DNA of 64,000 nt from Dicyema japonicum (GCA_011109175.1 RDEW01000008.1:408369-472368), one strand, 5' to 3'. Shown: positions 25,099 through 38,363, counted from the stretch's first letter. A program made the numbers and translations. Notes: generated by a model not told the origin, from the letters alone.

Positions 25099-26177
25099 TA
25101 ATAATATAAATTGATTACTCTTTTAAACATTATTTAAAATAATTAAATAATTATTTAATATTTAATTATTAAATAATAATTAAAGTTCAATGAATCCTTT
25201 ACCATATCCTATCCCATCAGAACAAAGAGTTCTTTGTCTGAACAAACGTACTTGCGCCGGTGTAAGGGTGGATTAACCCGTAGCACCTACGCGCCTGGAT
25301 GGAACTTGTACCATGAAAGTAGAACAACAGAATCCTGTCCTTCCTTCTGATTTATCCTTGGATTTATGGATCCTCAGATATTGAGGGAACAAAAAAGAGT
25401 TCTCTCATACTATTGTAGGGGAGAATTCTAGACCATGATGACCCCTTGAGAGAATGGCATTACGGTTTTGGAGTACCATACAAGCCATGAACATACATCC
25501 ACATACGATCGTACGTAGTCTTGTAAGACAAGGCCAGTTATCCTCTGGCAATCGTCAGAGAACTGTCCAAGCTGGACAGAGATGACTGAGGAACAACCCT
25601 CAACGGAGAACTCTCTATGAGGAACATGCCAAACTTATTGACACTCTCAGTCTCAAACGTGAATACTCGCAAAGAGCTTATATCCCAAATTTGGGGTATC
25701 GAGTAACGAATGAAGGTCTTTAAGAGTTCCATTCGTTGTATTCCACGAATGGATAACGACGATGGTCGACCCTTGCAGTGATTACTGCACTATGCCCACC
25801 AGTTCTACCCTGCACAATCGTGTGTAGTGCGATGGTAGTTCCGTTGCAGAATTAATCAAATTTTCCAAAAAATCTAAAAAAACGTTGTCTTTTAAGCCTT
25901 TCCAAAGATAATCTGGAAATCCCAAAAATTTCTTGAAAAGGATGACCTTAAAATCAGTTTTTACTACCGATTGCTAGCCGGAAGATATCTTTCGGGCTGA
26001 TTTAAAGGTAATTGCGTTAATACTTAAGCTGAGAAATATCTCCAAAAGTTTTTTTAGATATACTGGTTTGATTGTTTAGTCTATGATGGAATTCCACTAA
26101 GACGTGAACAAACCAGAAAGCTACCAATTTTGTGTTTTTTTAAGACCAATCATTATTCCTCTGCGTGAGCAATCGCA

Positions 26178-26982
26178 TCACCCAACGGGTTTCCTGGCTT
26201 CTTTCAGGTTTTTTGAATAAGTACGTAATGAATCACTTTGCTGTATTTGATTGGATTTTTTAATGCGAATCACCACATTCTGGATAGGACTTGTCCCCTC
26301 GTGATGATTTTGTATTTTTCCAACTAAGAATATACTCACTTTTTGTTGACATATATTCACAAAAATGTCATAAATCATATCTACTATCTCAAATAAATAA
26401 TTCAATTCCTGGTGATGAAGACTGGGTCAAATAGATATGGTAAGGATAACTTTTCTTATAATAAACAGTGGGATCTATGATTGTATATAAATTCTTTCAA
26501 TCAATGAGCCAACGGCATCCGAACCCTCAATGACCCGAAGGTAATCCTGAAGAACATAAAACTAATCATTTAAAAGACAGAAAGGCTTTTTATAAAACAA
26601 TCATTTCTTTGATGTTGCCATCAATAGATCACTCTTTTCCTTCTCAAGCAACTCAAGCTCTGCTTTCATGGCAACATTTTCTTTAATTAGAAAGCTCATT
26701 TGTTTGAAAATAGTGGGCACTAAGTTACAGGTTAGATTGATTACTTTGACAAGGAAATAAGTCAGAGAATAACTTGAATGAGTCATTCCATTCAAATCGC
26801 ATGAGGTCCTTAACATTTTTAGGCAAATTTCTTGGTTATATTTATAAACACTACAAAGACTCCATTTTTGCAGGTTTCAACATTTTTCTGGTTTTTTCAA
26901 CTTTAGGGGATGCTGCTTTATTCACAAATTTCGAAGGAAGTTTGTTATTTTTAGCCATTTTACCTTTTTTCCTAGATGGCAT
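26178..26982 (-). CDS. Uncharacterised protein with tiny introns
   Basis: MPSRKKGKMAK...; 24- and 25-nt GT-AG introns join LNLPKNVKDLMRFEW and ENVAMKAELELLEKEK; later exons uncertain. Confidence 0.4.
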
Positions 26983-27164
26983 TCAGAAACTACACATCAA
27001 AGTAATAATTACATTCAAAATTACATTTTAATTAATTTAATTTTTATCAATTTAAAAATAAATTTTACAACCAATTTTAATGCTATTGACCAGATAGAAT
27101 AGTTCTTAATTAATTTATTTATTTATTAACCCCGGATACACCGAAAAAGAAGTTAACGTAACCA

Positions 27165-27365
27165 ACTAATTAAGTGTATCCAGTTTCCACTTCTACAGAA
27201 ACAGAGTCCATCCGGAATCAGCATAAAAGGTAAGACGTCATTACATGCAGTTGTGGAAACCCCTCCAGTGGAGTGGGGAAAGCAAATGATCCTTTTTCAT
27301 GCCGGCCTGGCACTGGGCGTCACCTAGACAGGTGGATCACATGACGCCACTCTATTAGGAAGAGA
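27165..27365 (-). repeat. Structured repeat family copy with best-paired core
   Basis: Minus strand: ggcgtcatgtgatccacctgtctaggtgacgcccagtgccaggccggcatgaaaaaggatca. Confidence 0.7.
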
Positions 27366-27399
27366 GAGGAGGAACAGACAAGCAAGCAGAAAATTTAAA

Positions 27400-27845
27400 C
27401 CAAAAAATAGTGCTTAATGCAGTCCCTATTGTAAAAGCGCTACTTGGATACTACAAGAGATGGTTCCACCCAACAGTAGATCATCTCTACTACCAATACA
27501 TACTTCCATCAATCAGGTACTGCTGCGCGGCATGGGGTACTAACATGTCCCACAACAACCTAAAGAATTTAAACTCTTTCCAAGAGACAGTAACGAAAAC
27601 CCTACAAAGATCCTCTTTCTCATTAAAACCAACCCCGTTCGAGGAACTCGTGAGGAGAACGGGAGCTCAGCAAAAAACCCATAAACTTCACAAAAGCGAT
27701 TCGTCCATACAGGAATTGTGTCGGAACTCAGGAGGAACACTGAAGAAAGATGAGGCGGCTACTCAAGGGGACCTGGATCATTTGACGGCCCCTACCTTCT
27801 TTATTTTGTCGGTTATTCTTGGTTTTTAAATAAAAAATAAAAATT
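27400..27845 (+). mobile_element. LINE 3' fragment (thumb/C-terminal)
   Basis: YQYILPSIRYCCAAWGTN...PTPFEELVRRTG; homologous to 46669-47199. Confidence 0.75.
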
Positions 27846-27879
27846 AGCTATCTACCTGGTCGAAGGATTCCGCTCTGCT

Positions 27880-28060
27880 CTATGCCATCTTCAAATCCTA
27901 AGAAGCATCAGTTGATCCATGTCTCAAAAGACGTTAAGTGCTCAGTCGGCATCCAAAAATGATATATTTCTTTCCTACTCCACTGGAGGGGTTCTCACAT
28001 TGGCGGATACGAATAAACTGGATTGGTCTCACTCCAACCAATTACTTTTGTAACGACCAA
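27880..28060 (+). repeat. Diverged structured repeat family copy
   Basis: gatcc...gac...gtgc..ggcat...tttcctactccactggaggggtt; inverted relative to the 27165 copy. Confidence 0.55.
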
Positions 28061-28217
28061 ACTAATCAGTACATTTAAAGAAAATACATTTCTTCTTGAG
28101 TACAGAGAACTTATTCAAATTTTGCAAAAAAAACTGTTGGTACATGAAAATGGTATGACTTTTGAAGGAATATTGTAGATTATTTTAATGACTTTTTTAT
28201 TTAATTATACTATTTAA

Positions 28218-29290
28218 TTTTTTTTTTTTTTTTTTTTTTTTTAAATAATAATAATTTTTAATGAAAAATAAATCAATAAATATCAGTTGAGGAAGCCTGC
28301 TGCGTGGATTGCGAACGAGTTCCCTCGGAGTATGGCTATTCCAATCTTTTGTCTTAGCCATAGCCCTTCTCGTTGATCCCTTTTCTTTCTGGCAAGCAAT
28401 CCTCCGAGTTCTTGCAAGAATTCAGCCGTCATTGGACCAACGGCTCCCGATGATTCGGTCGCAACAGGAGTAAATCGGTAGCGATCCCCGAGGCAAGAAT
28501 ATTTCTTGATTTTTAGTTTTCCGCGGTCGAAGCAGCTGCTCCAGGTGTCTGAACAGATTTATAAATGTTTCGTGCTTGAGAACGTGTCTATGCAAGTTGC
28601 GTCCCAGACCAAAGATCTTCCAGACGTGAAGGGGAAAAGGTCATCCCGTCAGGTCTCTTCCCATCTCCTCGATCAAAGACCACTGGTTCAAGCTGTGCTG
28701 GGAAGCCTGAAGCTTTCAGAGCTCTGACGATCACATCATTCAGAGCAGCATGACGTGGTCCCCTTCCGGCGCTTCTTCTGCAGGACAGCGGGTGCAATCC
28801 TTTCACATCGACTGTTTTCCCGCATCGGCATCGGTGCTCCTGGCAAACGTCTAGTCCCAGCCTTTGTCCGATTCCAATCCTCAAAGAATCGTCGTCCAAA
28901 AAGGTCCCGAGGTTTGGGCAAGGTATTGCACCAAGCCATGCTCCACTCCCTCGACTTGAAGCTGACACCAAACAAGCCAGACGATGTTGATTTGCTTCTT
29001 TCTTAAGGTCCTTCAAAATTTTGGAGCAGACAATGTCATCCAATTTCTTTGCTTCGTTGTGTCTTCTGGGATTTTGAGTCCGGACCCGTTCCATTTCCGA
29101 CAAGCTTCGTCAAATGACTCATTCCAGCAAAGTCCAATTGTGTTATGAAGGACTTGCCGTGTCAAATGACTGCAGCTTGAGAGAGATGATAGGTATGCCG
29201 GGTACGCAACCTCCAGCGCCGATCTCATTCCGACACCCCCAAATCCAGAGGGAAGCTTGCATTGTTTCCAACCAAGTTCGTCGAAGCGGA
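28218..29290 (-). mobile_element. CRE-clade non-LTR retrotransposon (REL endonuclease), 5'-truncated, poly(A) tail
   Basis: SGAWLGAIP...CRCG...GLHPLSC...RHAALND...EP...RPDG (CCHC plus PD-(D/E)xK); stop at 28283; 25-nt T run at 28218-28242 is the poly(A) tail. Confidence 0.9.
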
Positions 29291-29859
29291 CGTTAATTAT
29301 TGACTCGACTGTTTTAATAGTTTGTCTAATATTTCATTTCATGACGTTCTTTGGTAATAAAAATAAATTTGAGATGTAAACTATTAGTTACCTGATCTTT
29401 TAACTAACACGACTAATATAATAAAATAGCATTGAAGGGAGGAACTTGTGGAACGTAAATAAGGATGCCTTGAAGTGATGGACAAAATTAATGACACTTT
29501 TATTTAGAGGAAAGTATACGGTTGATTAAAGAAAACCATAAAATTATAATTTCGTATAGTCAGTATGTAGTAAACCCAAAAGTGGCGAATTATAATGAAT
29601 TTGCAATCTGTTGTGAATTACATTTACAAACTATGCAATTAAATCTTGAGAAAAAATCTAAACAATGAATTATACTAGAAACAAGTAATTAACGCACAAA
29701 CTAACACTCAACAACCGCTGGCTGCTCTCAGTATTTAATTTAACCCAGTATTTATTACTACGTCAAATATCGAGTTAGTCCGACATAATGTCTAATCGAT
29801 AAAACAATGTATCTATTTTATGTTGTCTGACCTATTACTACCCATGGTCCATTCAAGGG

Positions 29860-30260
29860 AAAGAAACCGGTGGCTAACAAAAACGTTACAACAAAGAGCT
29901 GACGCTCCAGGGATCCGCCAGGTATATTTGGTTCTATGCAGAACTAGGAGGTGGACCCGGACATGAGAAGAGGTAACCCGTCTTCTGGTCGTCAAGAAAG
30001 CACTATGGGCATAGTGAAGAGGACGATTTTCCAATCCTGTACAGATATGAATTTAAATTCAAGTGATGACCACAACTAAGGCACGCCAATTAGACACGAA
30101 CTTCCCGAGGTAGGGAAGTTTCGGTCCCGACAATAATAGGTGGAATTCACTCCAGAAGCTTGTTGATATCACGGCTTTTGAAGGCTTTAGTGGATATCCA
30201 CTCATGGATTTTTTTCTGTTGTGACTGAGAGGGCTCTGTCTCTGGGATGGTTCGTAGAAT
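29860..30260 (-). mobile_element. LINE C-terminal zinc-knuckle fragment
   Basis: LPREVRV*LACLSCGH..LNSYLYRIGKSSSSLCP*C...YLFSCP. Confidence 0.7.
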
Positions 30261-30403
30261 CTCTGACCTACAAATTGACCAATTTATTATTTAAAAAAAT
30301 AATAATACGTACAATATTTACGAAATAATTGATTTAGAATAATCTATAAATATTAATTTATATCAAAATTTATTTTTAAATTCATTAGATTAAAATAACA
30401 ATT

Positions 30404-32022
30404 ATGTCAAAATTACCAAGATGGGTAGCTTTGTTTTGTAATCCAAACTCTAATTTTCAGCAACACAAAATATTGTTGTGTTTTTTAGCTTTAATTATAG
30501 ATTCCAATGCTTCATTTGGATCCTCACCTACATCGTTTATGTTTGCAGTCACTCTGCTAGAAAGCCGCTGAGTGTGGTTAAGGTGTGGGTACAATTATTA
30601 CTTTTAGAATGTGCTATCTCCAACAAATACGACAGCAGCCTGGGCTCCCTTTGGTATTTTTATATAATTTTAAAGATAAATCGAATTCTAAAACTCTTCT
30701 TGGTGGACTTGATTCTAGTTTTTTATTTTCCTATGCCTTTGGAATGCTTTTTCTGGGTCATTCCTCAGAAAAACTAGGAATTATTAGAGTTCTGTCAGTA
30801 ACAAATTTCCTAGCTTCTATTTTTACTGTACTGTTTGGAGTTGGATATTTCTGTTCAATTCACAATTATTGGTACTATTTTTTCATTCAGGTATTATATT
30901 CTTTACAATTAGTTCTTCTGTGGAATTTCTATGTCGGCCAGTTGGCCTGGTCTGATAGGAGTATTGTCCAATTGGTCTGGGGTTAAATTGTTATATTTCG
31001 TTTTAAATTAAGACGAGGCCTCGTTACAGGGATTTGGTCTTCATGTGCTAACACTGGGAACATTGTCGGGACAATCATAGCTAGTGCCTTTGTGAGTCAT
31101 AAATGGGGATGGTCCTTCATAGTCCCTGGCCTAGTTCTCCTTTTCATTACCATTATTATGTCTATATTTCTCATAGAGAGTTGATTTCTCATAGTATTGT
31201 AGGACCTGATTCCTTGGAAATTGAAATAAATAAATACCAACCAATTGAAAATGAGGACGATTTGTCTGGACAACCAATTTCGATTGCTAATCTTCTAAAA
31301 ATTCCAGTTATTTGATGACTCATTACAGAATATTATTTCTTTTGGAGTTGCTAGCTTTTTCTTGAAATTAACCAGTTATACCCTTCTTTACTGGCTTCCT
31401 GTCTATCTACTCAACAAATCCAATGGGAAACTCAATCCTAAACAGGCTGGGGAAATGTCGACTTTCTATGACGTCGGGAGTGTCTTTGGTGTTTCCATTG
31501 CCGGCTTAATTACCGATTTCTTAGGGAAAAGACGGATCATATGTCTTCTTTTGTGCTGTTTAGCATGTCCCTCAGTTTGTCAAATTTATATTGTAGCTGT
31601 TTCTGCTAAATTTTTACCAAAATGTATCGTACTATTATTCTGCATGTATTAATGAATATAAACTATAGCTATGCTTGTTCTGGTAGGATTTTTCATCAAC
31701 GGTTGTTTTGGACTGCTTGTGACCACAATTTCCATAGACATGTCTCAGGATCCCTCAATTAAAAGGCTGGGAAGATGCAGTGCTGCTATCACTGGTTTTC
31801 TTGATGGTGTTGGCTCCATTGGTTTATTTTTAACGTGACAAGCAAAGGGGCTGCACTTGGTCCTATTTTATCCGGATATTTATCAAAATACTCTTGGAAT
31901 TACTTTTTCTACTTGATAATATCATCTGTGGGGATTTGTCTCCTTGTAATGATTATAATATTATTTAGACTCTCATCAAACCGACCATCATGGAATTTAA
32001 GAGAACTGAAGATGATATTTAA
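30404..32022 (+). CDS. SLC37A: SLC37 sugar-phosphate exchanger (MFS)
   Basis: HSARKPLSVVK, GGLDSSFLFSYAFGM, SWPG, RGLVTGIWSS, KLTSYTLLYWLP, TGFLDGVGSIGAALGP; 11 GT-AG introns of 22-26 nt give an intact frame. Confidence 0.9.
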
Positions 32023-32479
32023 CATTTTATTAATAAATTTTGATTTTTAAGAAAATATATTTTTATGGTCATAAAATTAAACCATTTAAACCACTAATTA
32101 TTTATTTCATTCATTCTGGTTAAATGTCAAAAAATAATTTATTAAAAAATGTCATGTGGGTGGCCGACGACATGGTGGCATTTAGAAGAAAAGGGCCACA
32201 CTTTCCCCTATCCTCACGGGTGGACCAACAAGGAAGGCCTATAAAGAAAACCGCATCGACATGTTGCTAATTCAAGCCGATAACAAAAGGAGGAAGATGT
32301 TAATTGAGGACTTTCAGTCTCTGCATACTCAACGATCCAGCTTTCTCTGCAAGAATATCTACTAACGTAACGATAAACCCTCATCACTGCCATCTCCATC
32401 CCTGGCCCTCTTTTTGACTGGTCAGTGAAATATGATATCAGGAGTGACCACGATCCAATATTTTTATGGGTCAAAACGA

Positions 32480-34310
32480 GGTCACGGATAAAAGAACAGT
32501 TTCTGAAGATAATTAATTAGTCTTGAGAACTGGAGAGGATTCACGGAGTACGTCGATATTCCCATTGGTCTCAACGAAACATTTGATCAGAGAACGAAAT
32601 ATTCTAAGGATGGTGAAATCGTCAACAGAAGAGAACATTAGAAAAATACGAGAACTGAACAGAGGGATCTTCAAGAACATAAAGGAAGAAAATGCGAATA
32701 TATGGACTAGAGTATCGAAGGCTCTCTACATCAACCCCCAATGCAGTTAGTCTGGAAGTGGATCAAGAACATCAAAAATCCTCCCCAGAGAAAAAATGTG
32801 AAATCTACATCCAACCTGACAGCCTGATAGAATATTGCAAGTCTATCTCCTACAAGGAGTTTTCAAAAGAACACTATGTATTCCTAAAAAGATTGCACCG
32901 AATCGTTCCGATGACTCTTTACTAGCCAGGATGTCCGCAGAGTCATATCCAAAACCAACAACTCAGAAGCCAAAGGACCAGACAACATAAGTGAAGCACC
33001 TGGGCCATCAAGCCCTAGAAGTATTAGCCTATATCTTCAACCTATCCATCAACACAAAAAATATGGAACAAATCTCTAATAAAACCTATTAGAAAACTCA
33101 ACCAGTAAATGAACCACCTTCCTATCACCCAATATCTATTCTGAGTCAGGTCTCAAGATCCTTGAAAGGCTTGTTCTGGAAAAAGTATAGGATTCGATCT
33201 GAATACCTTCGACGCAGCACTGATTTCTGGGTAACCTTTCGACCACAACCCTCACACATTTCATTGAGGAAGGGTTTAACTCCCCAAACCCCATCATAGG
33301 ATAGTAATTATATCCGTAGACATCACAAAACCGTTCGACTCGGTCCTAGGAAACTCCTTACAAAGAAGATATTTGAAACCAACATTCATCCGAACTTGAA
33401 GCTTGAAAACCTTCTAAATTGAAGATGAGCACAAGTACTCTACAACAACATCAAATCAAGATCTCGCTACCTTCAAGTGGAGTCCCTCAAGGCTCCACAC
33501 TGTCACCCCGACTTTTCAACCTCTACATAAACGGTATACCACTAGCATGTGATGAGAATTGTCTAATCCTCTCCTATGGTGACAATATCATTTTTTCTCC
33601 AAGGACAGAAGCATTAAATCATCGACTCAGTCCGCTCAACAAATCCTTGACAAGCTGGAACTATGACTCTCGAAGCGGAGACTCAACACATCAGCAACAA
33701 AGTTCTCTGTCAAGCTGTTTACCACTTACAAAAGACAGCTCTGTGTCGAACCAAAAATCTTTATGAAGAACGAGGATATTCCTATTAACAAAACACCGAG
33801 GATTCTGGGAGTCACCTTTGAACATGAACTCTACTTTATCCGAAATGTTGAGAACAAAGTAACTTCTGCTCTAAAGAAAATGGGAATTTTAAACTCTCAA
33901 AAACACTTAGAGACCAAACTGGGAGCATGCCACAGTTTATGAACAATTTATACGACCAACGATGACGGATGCAAGTCTTTCGTGGTCAATGCAGATTTCA
34001 CGATCCTCGTCATTGAAACTATCCGCGATCGAAAAGACTGCAGTAAAGTTGAGTGACCAGAACACAAGATCCGACCTATTGAAAATCTTCTAATTGAATT
34101 ACAACGAAAATTCTTAAAGGCGGTCAGTCTACTGAGCTGCCCCCTGTCTCATATACTATCAAAATATCCACAAACATGTAAAAAGTTTGAACCGATGTTA
34201 TGTCCAATGAGAAGAGCTGTACATAATTATCGATTCCGCCGGACTCGTCATCCCCCTTGTCGGTCTGGGTTCACTTAGTCTGTTGAGAACTTTTATTTCT
34301 CTCTGACCCA
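32480..34310 (+). mobile_element. jockey/I-like LINE, decayed RT
   Basis: GVPQGSTLSPRLFNLYING, YGDNI, TPRILGVTF; 3' end gtctgggttcacttag is also at 58390-58410 (-). Confidence 0.8.
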
Positions 34311-34349
34311 GTGATCTTTGGGGTAATAACAACAATCATTTTACTAAAG

Positions 34350-35100
34350 ACCTTCAGAAGCTGATCGTTGTACGAGGAATTGTCTGAAGGACTCCTTTGA
34401 ATTTGGATGCTTCTGTTGCACCACTACCGGAAAACTTGCAACGCTTCACAGACTCAACTCGATATACCGGAAAACCATATATATGATGGGCCCTCATTTC
34501 CCCTCCCCAATCGGATTCCTCTGCAGGGATGAGAGAAGGCTCTTTCGTACGGTAGTGGGAACAACGGGAGACCACAGACGTTGGATTACTCGATTGCTTG
34601 CGGAAACTGGGATTACCTAACTGTCATGTTATTTCTATCTTTCTTGGTGATCTCGGGGTTTTAAAGAAATAATCATTTCTAATACCACATTCTTGGTGTC
34701 CAAGATTTCAAAAGGGACCAACCATTCTGACCTTCGACACCAGAAAACTTAAATATATGAAAAAGAGACGCACTCCATATTCTGACATTCAAAAATTTGG
34801 TTGATAGGTATGTTGTCTACAGAAGTCTGCACCTTAGTATTTGCTGTCTTTAAGGGGTCGTGTAGCATGGGTGGCCATAAAGTCGTGCATTTTTAGCTCA
34901 AGTTTGGTTTTTTGGGGAAGTGTGTTTTTGAGGTCAGTGAGGATCCTACGAATGTGCTAGTGGATTTGAGTAGTGGGAAGGTTGGATGCTTAGGGTCAAG
35001 TGAGTGCTGGAGATATTGTTTGGATATGGAGGTGATCACTTAACTGAAAATTTTTATCTCAAGTGTAAGCAGTCAACGTGAATAGATTTTAAACAGTCCG
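34350..35100 (-). mobile_element. LINE 3' fragment, degenerate
   Basis: Thumb-like IQPSHYSNPLAHS segment with many stops. Confidence 0.4.
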
Positions 35101-35344
35101 TACTTAACTGGTCGATGATTCTGTTATACGCCTTCTGCAATTCCTAAGAGACGTCAGTTGATCTACCTGTGCCTAGATGATTCAACAATAGCTTCCATGA
35201 TTTCAATAACTCGTATTTCAACCGTGACGGTCCTCTAAAATTGTTAATGTGTTTAATAATGATAAACTTCAACTACGATACATAATTAAGTTCATTTTAA
35301 AGTGAAATTAAATATTTGACATTTGTAATGCTCTCACAAAAGTC

Positions 35345-37810
35345 ATGGGAAGACAAAAAAGAACTTCATGGGAAGACACGGACATGGGAAAAGAAACTTG
35401 CCTGGGACCATACTCGCCATTTCTGCACGGCAAACAAACTGTTCTTGTGCAACACCGCATTTCTCATCGTGCATGCCACATAACCCTGATGGGCGAACGA
35501 AGAAACCAGAAGGAAAACTAGTCCCTATTACAACCAATTGATTATATTTATGTCGGATCAATGACAAACTCTCTTATAAACGCACGCTCATACGAAGTTC
35601 AAAACTGTCAGCGATCACAGAATGGTTTGTCACCTTCAGCCTGGCGAACATGGTACAAAATAAGAAACATAATAACATTACAAACAATAATAATGAGAAT
35701 ACAAGAAATGGATATTCAACGGGAAAACTGATTTCTAATCAAGACACAGTCAAAAGTTATCAAAAACACATCTGCTCTTATCTGAAGGACCAAACAGTAG
35801 GAATTTCGTGGGATCACACGAAGTAAATAATAAACGAAGCAGCAAGCCAGTACCTCGGCACGCGGGAGATGGCCAGTAAGGGTCTGACGACACATACGGA
35901 ACTAGTAAAGGAATTAGCAAAGGAGTTAAAGGAAATCCATACAAAAAAACTAATCGAAAAAGACTATAACAAGAGAAAAGTCCTTCAGGGGCAGAGGGAC
36001 CAAATCCGTAGAAAAATCAGGAGACTGAACAAGACACTTCACCAAGAAGAACTTCTTCGCAAAATCAATGAAGTATCCAAACTAAAGGATAATTCACAAA
36101 TGTATATGGCCGCTCGTTTACTACGCCACACAAACCGGAAGGAACGAATAATCATCAAAGACAAAAATGGCAAGACATTACTGAATACTGAAGAGCAAGC
36201 GGAGGTAATTGCAACACATTTTGAGAAATTTTAATGTGACTACAGCAATCCCCCCATTCAAAGGAAAGCCTAGACCTTTAAAAGAACCAATTACAATTTT
36301 GGAAGTAAAAACAGCATGTCAAAAACTAAAAAATAACAGAAGCTCTGGACCAGATATGAAAAACCCATAACTACTGAAGTACGCGCCTGACCCCCTTTTT
36401 GAAAAAATCCCTACACTACTAAATGAAATGTTTTCTACTAACTCAACCCTGCCTCCGGGATGGGGATTACTAATACACATACGAAACCCAATATACCCAA
36501 AGGACCGGTTGAAAATTTACGACCTATTATATTATCAAACTATATACGGAAAGTTTTAGCTAACATTGTATTGGAACGAATAAAAATACTCACCTATGAC
36601 TACCTACCCGAAAGTCAAAGTGGGTTCAAAGAAGGAAGATCAAGAGCTGATTTAGTCTGAAGTCTAAGATGGAGATGTGCAACACATCAAAGATATTGCA
36701 ATGCCATCCACATTCTGGGAATAGATCTATCAAAAGCCTTTGACTCGGTTAACAGGAAAAATTGATGACAGTGCTGGAAGGGTTTATTGACGAATCGAGT
36801 CTAAGAATGATTCAAATCCTTCTATCTAACACAGAGCTCCTTGTGAGAGTTGGAAAAACCTACTCAAGAAAATTTGAAACAAACACAGGCACTCCTCAAG
36901 GAGACTCCCTCTCTCCCCTACTATTCACAATATACTTGGAGGCCGCTATGAGGAACTGAGACCATTATATCAAGGAAAAATAGAAGAAGTGATTTATGCT
37001 GATGATATCGACCTAATTTCTGAAGACAAAGAACTCCTGGAGCATGTACTAGAAAAAGCACCAGATATACTTGAGAAATGGTTTCTCACCGTGAACAGGG
37101 AAAAAACAGAACGGACAGAGATAAGAAGAATGAACAACTCACTCGAAGAAAAATGGAGACACATAAAGAAACTTGGCTCACTACTAGGAGATAGCGAAGA
37201 CATCATACGGAGAAAAACATTGGCAAATGCGGCATTACAAAGGCTTAAAAATCTTTGGCTAAAACGGAAAGGATATAACATAAAACAAAGGATTATGTTA
37301 TACGACACTTTCATCAAACCAATTCTACTATACAACTCTGGGACCTGGGCCACCTCTAAAGAGGAAATGGAGAGGCTAGACTCATTTCACAGGAATCATC
37401 TAAGAAACATAATTGGAATGTCCTGGCCATCCAAGATCTCGCGGAATGGACTGTACAATAAGTGTGACTGTAAACCATTAAGCCACGAGATCATTAGCTC
37501 TCGTTGAAGACTTTTTGGACACGTCCTGAGGTTGGACCCGATATCCCCTCCGAACATCGCAATGGAAGATTACTACTCCTCCAATGTAAAACGCTTTCGT
37601 GGAAGACCAAGAACTACCCTTCCGGTCGTTCTACAAAACGATCTGAAAGCCGTGAAGAAAACATTGGCATCTGGTGACGATTTGGACTCACTGAGGGACC
37701 GAGCAAAGACCAGAAGAGCTTGGAGCAACCTAACTAATTCTCTTATATTTTTTGCTGCACATGCGGGGCTATAAATATTATGGCTCTCGTGAAAGTGCTA
37801 ATAAATAAAA
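35345..37810 (+). mobile_element. RTE-clade LINE (APE end, RT, C-terminus), few lesions
   Basis: GHGKRN, NTAF, NQ.DYI (APE); LRPIILSN, QSGFKEGRS, DLSKAFDSV, GTPQGDSLSPLLF, YADD, LLYNSGTW, RGRPRTT; tail motif at 37768-37794. Confidence 0.92.
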
Positions 37811-37984
37811 GTGATAACAGACCCATACACTAGTCATGGAAGTTGATCTTAGCAACAACAATTACGTTGGAATCATAAAATAACTTCAATGTGGACTTAA
37901 CAAATAAATTAATGTAATTAGATCATTGGAATGGATTCAATCTTATCAGCTGGTACTTTAACATAATCCTGTAATATTAACAAA

Positions 37985-38363
37985 TTATAATACGGAATTC
38001 TGACCAGTCGTCTCATCCTCCGCCTCATCAATTTCATATTGAAACACAGAGTCCGTCAATCCTAGGCACGAAGCCAAACCATAGCCGACTCCCTGAACAT
38101 CTTAAAAGTAAAAAGTACTAAAATACAGTTAATGGTGCGGACAATAAATGATGGGAATACTTTCATTAATGATTCCTGAAATAGTCTAATACACCTTTAC
38201 CCCATATCGGGAGATCACATCATTATCGAGTTCATCATCGTCACTTAAAGTCCCGTCTGTATACTGTCTTGTAGTTGAACCATCTTTGAAGTGAATTATT
38301 CGTTCTACTTTTTTTGGTTCTTCTTGTTTAATTTCCTAAACATGAAATATTTATACATACCAT
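37985..38363 (-). CDS. FAM177A1: FAM177 family protein
   Basis: M/EIKQEEPKKVERIIHFKDGSTTRQY...GYGLASCLGLTDSVFQYEIDE matches FAM177 motifs (RRVIHF..GET; LAS.LGI..KYQY.IDE); 25- and 26-nt introns plus a candidate 15-nt intron. Confidence 0.75.

Noticed and set aside
25200-25850. Integrase or Tc1 remnant
   Set aside because: GC-richer and probably TE-derived, but no catalytic motif could be recognised with confidence.
27849-27930. 18S rRNA 5' end or U1 snRNA (tacctgg...tgtctcaaa)
   Set aside because: Only short word matches; the segment belongs to the repeat family.
32158-32280. HDV-like ribozyme 5' of the LINE (tcctcac...gctaa)
   Set aside because: The L3 and J4/2-like words are present, but P1 has a mismatch, P1.1 GG is missing and P2 cannot pair.
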